From: a virus
Lineage: Duplodnaviria > Caudoviricetes
Reading direction: 5' to 3' (one strand)
Virus record (IMG/VR): IMGVR_UViG_3300021475_000018
Location: 1 to 52,603 of that record
DNA length: 52,603 nt
Under the pieces are notes generated by a model, which worked only from the letters and a program-made list of their open reading frames with translations, had not been told where the DNA came from and made no database searches. Positions 46,782-52,603 of the stretch are shown piece after piece. A program made the position numbers and the translations under genes. Each line of letters starts with the position of its first letter. Position 1 is the stretch's first letter.

Positions 46782-48832
46782 GGGTAGCTCTCCAGCTTGG
46801 TTGTCGGTGTTTGAACGGTCCAGTTAACCGTAAGAGGCTGTTGTACGTTTCCGGCGGGCGAATAAACCGCATAAAAAGGGCATCCGCGCATCGTACGGAA
46901 GTGTCCCGAATTTAGCAAGCTCTGCATGCCCTCTTTTTCAAATAATTTTAGGGCAGCATCCTTGCTGATGACGAAGGCCGGCACGGAACCGTGTACGGAT
47001 GCACCCAGTTCGGCGGCGACACTATCAAAGGGAACCATGTTGCCGGCGCGAAGCGCGTCCATTCCGCCGCTAGTGACGCCGGGCAGCATCGCGCCGAGCC
47101 GTATCATGGCACTCTGTTCGCGTTGCTGCGGTGTTGTAATGATTTCGCGTTTAAACACATTCACCGTTGTTGCACGCCCCTTGCTGTCGTTGCCGTAGTG
47201 TTCGGAAATAATTCTCCCGGTGTAGCTCTTTGCCTTTGGCGCGCCGCGCGCTTTACCGCAGTCGATTGACACCGTGTCTTGCCGGCCAGCGGTGACGCGA
47301 TACATGAAACCGCTATTGCCGGCCTTGGCGCCGTTGCCTTTCTGCCAAGCATCCTCATTGCCGAGCGGCAAATGGTCCGTAACAACCATCGCTGCGCCCG
47401 TACGAAATGCGACATTTTTCAAAATGAACATCGCCTTTAAAACGCTTTCGGTATCGTTGTCGGCAAAGCAAAGCCCCGACGACGCCCAGGTATCCAGCAC
47501 GAGCAAGTCAACGCGCATGCCCATGGCGGCCATCGCAGCAACTTGGCCTAGGCAATCTTGTTCGAAGGAGCCGGAATTGACGCGCGGTATTAGATGGAAG
47601 CGTGAAGCTAGCTCGTTGCCGTTCGGTTCCTGCCGGATAAGATGCCTTACGCGTCGTTCTGTGCCGTAATCGTCTTCAGCGGCAACCCATAAGACATGAC
47701 CGTCCGTACGTTCCACTTCCGCGTCAAGCCATGCTCGGCAAGTGAGATAAGACACGCAAAGGTCGCTAACGACAGATGATTTTCCGGCTCCGCTGTGTCC
47801 GGTAAAGAAGTGAACTTCGCTACACAAAACGCGTTGATATAGTAGCCATGGTAACTCATTTGTGCTGTCCTCCAGTTTCAGCTCAAAGCCCGTACGAGCC
47901 TGCAACGTCGGCGCCGTTTGTCCGTCATGCAAACCTTGAAGAAACGTACGGCGCGACATGATAGCTTGCATTATCAGATTGCCGCGCAACACCGGCAACT
48001 GATCATGGCGCATGATTTCTTCGCCCAGGACGCGCCCGCCGTGACCTTCGGATAACGAGTGACCCGCGCTGGTTATCGCAGTTTCGATTTCCTCTCGTGT
48101 GCACATGCCGTTCTGCTCGGCGAACTTCAGCACCCCGACAAGCGAAAAAATCGTGGACCCGCGGCCCTCCGTACGGCCCATCAAGTCTTGCTTGAGCAGT
48201 CCTAAGTATCGTTTAGTGGCGTCGCGGCCGGCTTGCCATTCATCTTGCGTTCTAGGAATAGCTTCTGAAAGTTCGTCAGCTCCAGCGGTTTCGTGCTCGG
48301 CTCCGAACCGCAGGGACGTACCAGCCTGACGCGGCACTTCTGCAAGAATATGCTGAAGCTGTGCTGTTGTAATTTGCGGCCACTCTGCATCCCAATTCTC
48401 CCATTCGTACGGCTGTCCGGTGTCTTTGTGCGGGCCGAAGGCGACGAATTGTCCGCCCATCAATTGGAGCTTATCGCCGTCCGGAAATGTGAAAGTGCGA
48501 CCCTGTACGGGTGCGTCACGCAGAAAGAACGGTATCAGGAAACGCGGCCGTCTTCCCCATCGGATAGGAGTGTTCGGGCCGAGTATAGTACGAAACGCCT
48601 GCAAGAGACGCCCAGACATTTCGGGGTTTGATACGTCACAGTCAAAAGCGGTAAGGCCGTTGTCTCCGCAGCGGAGGCCCACGCTGCCGGCGCCTGGGTG
48701 GGGGATTGGTGATGTCCAGACATTCCAGCCGTCTCCTATGGGAGCTTTAGAACCCCTTGCGATAGCTAGCGGAAACAGTCCGCGCTGTACGGCTTGCGTC
48801 CAGAAGTCCTGAATGGTAAGAGGTAAAGGCAA
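46769..48832 (-). CDS. primase-polymerase fused to RepA/AAA_25 helicase
   Basis: SKAP...GW, VGLRCG..L.AFDCD, QFVAFG.H.DTG.PY.W; GHSGAGKS, AAED, LLVLDT, DH. Confidence 0.85.
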   Translation of the reverse strand: MPLPLTIQDFWTQAVQRGLFPLAIARGSKAPIGDGWNVWTSPIPHPGAGSVGLRCGDNGLTAFDCDVSNPEMSGRLLQAFRTILGPNTPIRWGRRPRFLIPFFLRDAPVQGRTFTFPDGDKLQLMGGQFVAFGPHKDTGQPYEWENWDAEWPQITTAQLQHILAEVPRQAGTSLRFGAEHETAGADELSEAIPRTQDEWQAGRDATKRYLGLLKQDLMGRTEGRGSTIFSLVGVLKFAEQNGMCTREEIETAITSAGHSLSEGHGGRVLGEEIMRHDQLPVLRGNLIMQAIMSRRTFLQGLHDGQTAPTLQARTGFELKLEDSTNELPWLLYQRVLCSEVHFFTGHSGAGKSSVVSDLCVSYLTCRAWLDAEVERTDGHVLWVAAEDDYGTERRVRHLIRQEPNGNELASRFHLIPRVNSGSFEQDCLGQVAAMAAMGMRVDLLVLDTWASSGLCFADNDTESVLKAMFILKNVAFRTGAAMVVTDHLPLGNEDAWQKGNGAKAGNSGFMYRVTAGRQDTVSIDCGKARGAPKAKSYTGRIISEHYGNDSKGRATTVNVFKREIITTPQQREQSAMIRLGAMLPGVTSGGMDALRAGNMVPFDSVAAELGASVHGSVPAFVISKDAALKLFEKEGMQSLLNSGHFRTMRGCPFYAVYSPAGNVQQPLTVNWTVQTPTTKLESYPWQN

Positions 48833-48909
48833 TCACGCCCCCAGCGTGGTTGGCGAGCCTTTCAGGCTCAGGTAAAACCCCGACGTTCACCGCGTCGGGG
48901 TTTTGCTTT

Positions 48910-49098
48910 TCAGAAATCAGCGTGGTTGAAGATCGCGCGGCGCATCGCCATAAAGCCCTTTTGCAAATCGGTTTTGGCGATTGCGAGCCAACGCTTGTCA
49001 ACGTTGGGCTGGGTTTCAAGGTGCGATATCAGGTTCGCCAGCGCTTCGGCGTGCGGTCCCATGAGTGAAGCGTTTTCTTCCGGACTGTAGTTCGGCAT
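48910..49098 (-). CDS. acb2: Acb2-like cyclic-nucleotide sponge (anti-CBASS)
   Basis: C-terminus RWLAIAKTDLQKGFMAMRRAIFNHADF closely resembles the Acb2 C-terminal helix as I recall it ([27 protein letters not shown]); AAGGAG RBS. Confidence 0.7.
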   Translation of the reverse strand: MPNYSPEENASLMGPHAEALANLISHLETQPNVDKRWLAIAKTDLQKGFMAMRRAIFNHADF

Positions 49099-49131
49099 GT
49101 GCGAGGCTCCTTGTTTGCAGGGGGCTTTGCT

Positions 49132-49656
49132 TTACGACGATTGCCACGGATAAGTCAAATTGCTTTCCATGGTATTTTGTACCGTTTCGCAGCCTATGGC
49201 GCGCATGGCCGCCGGCAACTCGTATTGCGCGAGCCGGGCTTTCAAGACTTGTACTTCGGCGAACAGTTCGCTGTTGCGTGAGTACAGCCCAGCTAGTTCC
49301 TCCGCCACCGTTGCTTTGTACATACGAAGCTGTTCCAGCTCCGTAGTATCAATGGGTGCTTGCGCCGGGGTGCTCTGTACGGTGGGCCTTGAAGTGCCGC
49401 CGCGGGAGCCCGGGCCGCCATTTTTGCGCTCAGCGCGACAAGTTGGGCAGTTGCGGAGCAGCAAGCCGGCATTCTTGGTAAAGCCTTGCAAGGCTTTCCG
49501 TGAAACGCTCAGGCTGATCTCGCCGCGGCACGTCGCGCATGGTCGGGTTACGCGGTATAGGTGGATGTAATCGCCGTTCCAGTATTTCGTGGTTGCTTCA
49601 CCGCCGCTCCAGCCTGCGGGGAGCGGACCGTCGAAAGGTGCTTGCATGTTGGCCAT
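49132..49656 (-). CDS. Zn-finger/coiled-coil protein ending YPWQSS
   Basis: CATC...CPTC; heptads. Confidence 0.6.
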   Translation of the reverse strand: MANMQAPFDGPLPAGWSGGEATTKYWNGDYIHLYRVTRPCATCRGEISLSVSRKALQGFTKNAGLLLRNCPTCRAERKNGGPGSRGGTSRPTVQSTPAQAPIDTTELEQLRMYKATVAEELAGLYSRNSELFAEVQVLKARLAQYELPAAMRAIGCETVQNTMESNLTYPWQSS

Positions 49657-49790
49657 CAGTTTTTCCGCATGTCTTGAATTTCTTCGGACAGCTTCTTCCA
49701 CGCGTTCACTATGACAGGATATTTTGCGCGCCAGCGTCCAAGCATGTCGCGAAGTTCGTCGTCAGTTGGCAGCCTGCTAGGTAGCTTCAT

Positions 49791-49943
49791 TCAAATGCTC
49801 CCGTCAACAACGCGAAACATGACGTACGCGAATGCGCCCAGCATGGCAAGCAACGCGATTTGCACAGCCGTACGGGCCGCGCGCTCGCCGAATGCAAACG
49901 CTATCAGGCCGACGATGGCGATTAGTCCGATGCCGACGTGCAT
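49791..49943 (-). CDS. small two-TM membrane protein
   Basis: GGAGGAG RBS; two hydrophobic helices. Confidence 0.55.
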   Translation of the reverse strand: MHVGIGLIAIVGLIAFAFGERAARTAVQIALLAMLGAFAYVMFRVVDGSI

Positions 49944-49947
49944 GCTG

Positions 49948-50130
49948 TTACTCCTCCGCCTTCTCGTTTGTGCGCAGGTACTCCAATCGCCCAGCCCAGT
50001 AGCGATCTTGCTGCTCTGCATCGTACACCGTGACGTTTGCCACGCTTCCGGTGAAAGAAGTATCCAAGCCGTCGCGCAAATGCAAACGACCTTGCGAGCC
50101 GGTTACTAGGTAATGCGTTGGGTATTTCAT
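49948..50130 (-). CDS. hypothetical protein
   Basis: Preceded by start cassette copy 4. Confidence 0.65.
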   Translation of the reverse strand: MKYPTHYLVTGSQGRLHLRDGLDTSFTGSVANVTVYDAEQQDRYWAGRLEYLRTNEKAEE

Positions 50131-50133
50131 TTG

Positions 50134-50192
50134 TCGCTCTCCAGCGGTTTGCTTTGATATCCGCACAATAGCAGGTTTTAGGTGCCTGTCAA
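50134..50192 (-). promoter_or_regulatory. promoter plus CCGCTGGAGAGCGA cassette (copy 4)
   Basis: TTGACA-16-TATTGT; motif 50134-50147. Confidence 0.75.
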
Positions 50193-50300
50193 CACCTTAA
50201 TTATTAAGGTGCTGTGAATTCGTCTTTTCACCATAAATTTACAGTAAATTTACAACAGAACTTGCTGTAAATTTATGGTGAAAAGCTGTAAATTTACAGC
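50193..50300. repeat. AT-rich palindrome cluster (candidate origin or switch)
   Basis: 9-bp inverted repeat 50193-50211; perfect 21-bp inverted repeat 50224-50244/50265-50285; 16-bp palindrome 50285-50300. Confidence 0.85.
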
Positions 50301-50422
50301 GTACATAATCAATCAGCCCCCGAAGTGATGGGGTGTGAAGAGACGAACGAATACACACCCACTAGACGGGGGGACGGAAGCGGAGTAACGTCGAAAAAGA
50401 AACACGGTACGGAAATACCGCC

Positions 50423-50869
50423 ATGACAAAACTCCCGGCTACCCGGCTTTCACAGTATGCGATGCAATCGGCTTGTGAAGAGATTGCACGGATACGGCCA
50501 TTCGTACGGAAGGAAAGCACGGCTTTGACAACGGCTTGCAGACAGGCGGGCATGCCTATGGAGCTGGCGGAAGTATGCGGCGGACTACTCGCCTCCGTAG
50601 TTGATGATTTAGTTGCTGCAAGCGGCTTGCCCAAATCGAGCTTTGAGCGTACCAAGCGAATGGTTCGCGTTTTGAAGACCGCCCAGGAGCCGGCCAGTCA
50701 CGCGCTACGGTTGGCCATGGCAGCGTCGCCAATCAACGGGGAAGCGGCTGTGATGCACTGGGACGCTATTTGCGAAGATCGCGAAAGAGGCAAGTTAGCG
50801 TGGCTGCTCGGCATGAGCACTGAGGCAGCTTGGAAGTACGGCAAGCGCATGGAAAAGATGACGGCATGA
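50423..50869 (+). CDS. hypothetical protein
   Basis: First rightward ORF after the palindrome cluster. Confidence 0.6.
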   Translation: MTKLPATRLSQYAMQSACEEIARIRPFVRKESTALTTACRQAGMPMELAEVCGGLLASVVDDLVAASGLPKSSFERTKRMVRVLKTAQEPASHALRLAMAASPINGEAAVMHWDAICEDRERGKLAWLLGMSTEAAWKYGKRMEKMTA

Positions 50870-51075
50870 GCTACCGCCCGTACAAATGCGAAGCATGCAA
50901 CCACGTCACGCAGCACCCCAGCGTGCTGCGCTCGATACCACGCTGTCCGAAGTGCAGCGGTCCGATGGAAAACATGCAAATCGCAGCAGCGTTCGGCGGG
51001 CACGGTAAACAGGATTATGACCAATATCTGCTAAGTCAACGGCGGGGGCCGATCAATGAGGGCAACACGGATTAA
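50866..51075 (+). CDS. small Zn-ribbon protein
   Basis: YKCEAC...CPKC; ATGA coupling. Confidence 0.6.
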   Translation: MSYRPYKCEACNHVTQHPSVLRSIPRCPKCSGPMENMQIAAAFGGHGKQDYDQYLLSQRRGPINEGNTD

Positions 51076-51158
51076 AGCTTGGCAACACATTTGCGTGATA
51101 TCTCGTGAGTACATGGCCGTTGTTGAGCTGATGCACGCGTACGAATGGGAGAAAGACT

Positions 51159-51332
51159 ATGAACGAACCCACAACCGTCCAGTACGACCGTATCGTACAG
51201 GCGGAAAAGGCGCTTACTGACGGCGGTTTCGTACGGGACAACCGAGCGGCTATCTGGGTTAATGACGCCGGACAGCGCGCCAAGGTGATGCGCGACGAAG
51301 TGACGAAGAAATTTTACGTTTTGCAAAAATAG
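51159..51332 (+). CDS. 57-aa hypothetical protein
   Basis: GGAG RBS; MNEPTTVQYDRIVQAEK... Confidence 0.55.
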   Translation: MNEPTTVQYDRIVQAEKALTDGGFVRDNRAAIWVNDAGQRAKVMRDEVTKKFYVLQK

Positions 51333-51335
51333 GGC

Positions 51336-51391
51336 TTGACGGCGCATTTGTACGGGTCCATATTGCGTACACACAAACCGCTGGAGAGCGA
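51336..51391 (+). promoter_or_regulatory. promoter plus CCGCTGGAGAGCGA cassette (copy 5)
   Basis: TTGACG-17-CATATT; motif 51378-51391; ATG at 51393. Confidence 0.75.
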
Positions 51392-51392
51392 C

Positions 51393-51710
51393 ATGACCAT
51401 CCAAATCAACACCGCTGAAGACGCCACTGCCGCCGCGCTGTTCAATTCGGCTAACGCCGTTGACGAGCTTGGGCTTATCAAGGCGCAGATCGCCGAATTG
51501 GAGCAGAAGGAGAAGGCGCTTACCGAAGCGCTTAAGGCGACCGGCAAGACCAGCTTCGCTGGTACGTTCTATGACTGTTCGATTTCGCATAGCGAGCGTG
51601 CCAACTTCGATATCAAGCAGCTCCGCGCCGATCTGGGCGAAGATGCTTGCGCGCCGTACGTCAAGGCGCCGACCAAGGTCGTGACGCTCAAGCTGACTGC
51701 GAAGAAGTAA
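51393..51710 (+). CDS. conserved phage coiled-coil protein
   Basis: VDELGLIKAQIAEL...; strongly biased codons. Confidence 0.7.
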   Translation: MTIQINTAEDATAAALFNSANAVDELGLIKAQIAELEQKEKALTEALKATGKTSFAGTFYDCSISHSERANFDIKQLRADLGEDACAPYVKAPTKVVTLKLTAKK

Positions 51711-51720
51711 GGGGGCAGCC

Positions 51721-52149
51721 GTGAAACTGACAACCAACACACATTTCGAAGCGGTTAAGGTCGTTACGCCGCAGGAAGCTGTGACATACGTCGTTCTCCA
51801 GCGTGCCAATCGACGTTACGGCAGAGGCATGACCATGGCCAAGAAAGAGCAGATCAACTGGAACAGCTTCACCAAAGCGGAGCTAATCAAAACTATCCGT
51901 ACGTTGCACACGCGGCAGACTAAGTTGCTCAACCGCATTGCGGAGCTGGAGGCTCAAGTTGGTAAATACGATCTGCCCGATATCTCGAAATTGGAGCAGC
52001 CTCGGGACGCCGGCAGCACGGCCGTACAAGGGCCGGCGTCCCACATGGTGGGCGCCGCGCAACGGTATCCCTGGGAAACGCAGCTCGCCAACACCGTGAC
52101 GTACGAGCCCACCAACGGCAAGCCGAACTGTCGGAAGGAAAACGAATGA
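51721..52149 (+). CDS. coiled-coil protein with YPWE (start may be 51829)
   Basis: Heptads; QRYPWETQ. Confidence 0.55.
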   Translation: MKLTTNTHFEAVKVVTPQEAVTYVVLQRANRRYGRGMTMAKKEQINWNSFTKAELIKTIRTLHTRQTKLLNRIAELEAQVGKYDLPDISKLEQPRDAGSTAVQGPASHMVGAAQRYPWETQLANTVTYEPTNGKPNCRKENE

Positions 52150-52334
52150 GCGACGACAAGCCAACCATCGACCTGACGAAGGCGGAGCAGCCCAGATACG
52201 GCGCCGTCAACGCCAGCCGGCAGGACCATATCAACCGGCTCCGTACGCGAACCCGCAACGCCAGCAACACCAATCCGGCGCTTGCTGCCGTCATTCAAGG
52301 CATCCTTGACTTGATCGCGGACGACGGGGTATAG
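52146..52334 (+). CDS. hypothetical protein
   Basis: ATGA coupling. Confidence 0.55.
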   Translation: MSDDKPTIDLTKAEQPRYGAVNASRQDHINRLRTRTRNASNTNPALAAVIQGILDLIADDGV

Positions 52335-52365
52335 ACGTACGGTCACAACACTGGGAGCTAACCAC

Positions 52366-52590
52366 ATGCGTAATAATCTCGTAATCGGCGTCATCGCTGC
52401 GGTTCTTATCGTGCTCGGGTACTTCGATGCCGCGGCGCAGAACATGAGCGGCATGGGTCGCATTGCCGACCCGCCGCCGGCACCGTACACGCGTGCTGAC
52501 TTCGAACGTGACTGCATCGCCATGGCGCCAAAGACCGAACCGGCGCGGCGCGAGTGGATTACCAAGACCTGTCGCAAGGAAGCGCCGTGA
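52366..52590 (+). CDS. small exported protein
   Basis: Signal-like AAA|Q; 2 Cys. Confidence 0.55.
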   Translation: MRNNLVIGVIAAVLIVLGYFDAAAQNMSGMGRIADPPPAPYTRADFERDCIAMAPKTEPARREWITKTCRKEAP

Positions 52591-52603
52591 AACGCGTTCT
52601 CAT

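Larger units (their letters stand above)
1..52603. mobile_element. Complete or near-complete podovirus-like dsDNA phage genome (circularly permuted)
   Basis: Terminase, portal, capsid, P22-like tail, lysis and replication genes are all present, with no host housekeeping genes. An ORF starting at GTG 52587 continues in frame to TGA 113-115. Confidence 0.92.

Noticed and set aside
1-52603. Integrase/att site, or alternative genetic code
   Set aside because: No recombinase motifs recognised; long genes are intact under the standard code, with all three stops used.

Overview
The window is an apparently complete, circularly permuted ~52.6 kb genome of a short-tailed (P22-like tail) dsDNA phage. 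An ORF reads cleanly across the end-to-start junction. The host is probably a Bradyrhizobium-like alphaproteobacterium, inferred from a rhizobial-type porin gene. Recognisable modules: terminase, portal, GroES-like co-chaperonin, scaffold, major capsid, gp4/gp10-like tail proteins, ejection proteins (one with a lytic transglycosylase domain), a fibre/accessory cluster, M15 endolysin, and a leftward replication arm (primase-helicase, SF2 helicase, DUF2800 nuclease, SSB, family A polymerase, Dam-like methylase). I found no integrase, tRNA or CRISPR array. The main unexplained signals are: (1) a short [YFL]PW[EQ] peptide tag repeated near the ends of many unrelated proteins; (2) fibre-like virion-module proteins with Sec signal peptides and paired cysteines; (3) five dispersed promoter + CCGCTGGAGAGCGA start cassettes; (4) a TGTATGACA operator linking an RHH regulator to head genes; (5) strong enrichment of CGTACG and GTTTAAAC; (6) an Acb2-like anti-CBASS gene; (7) three apparent -1 frameshifts, one of them in polA. 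All functional calls come from recognising motifs by eye; no database search was run.
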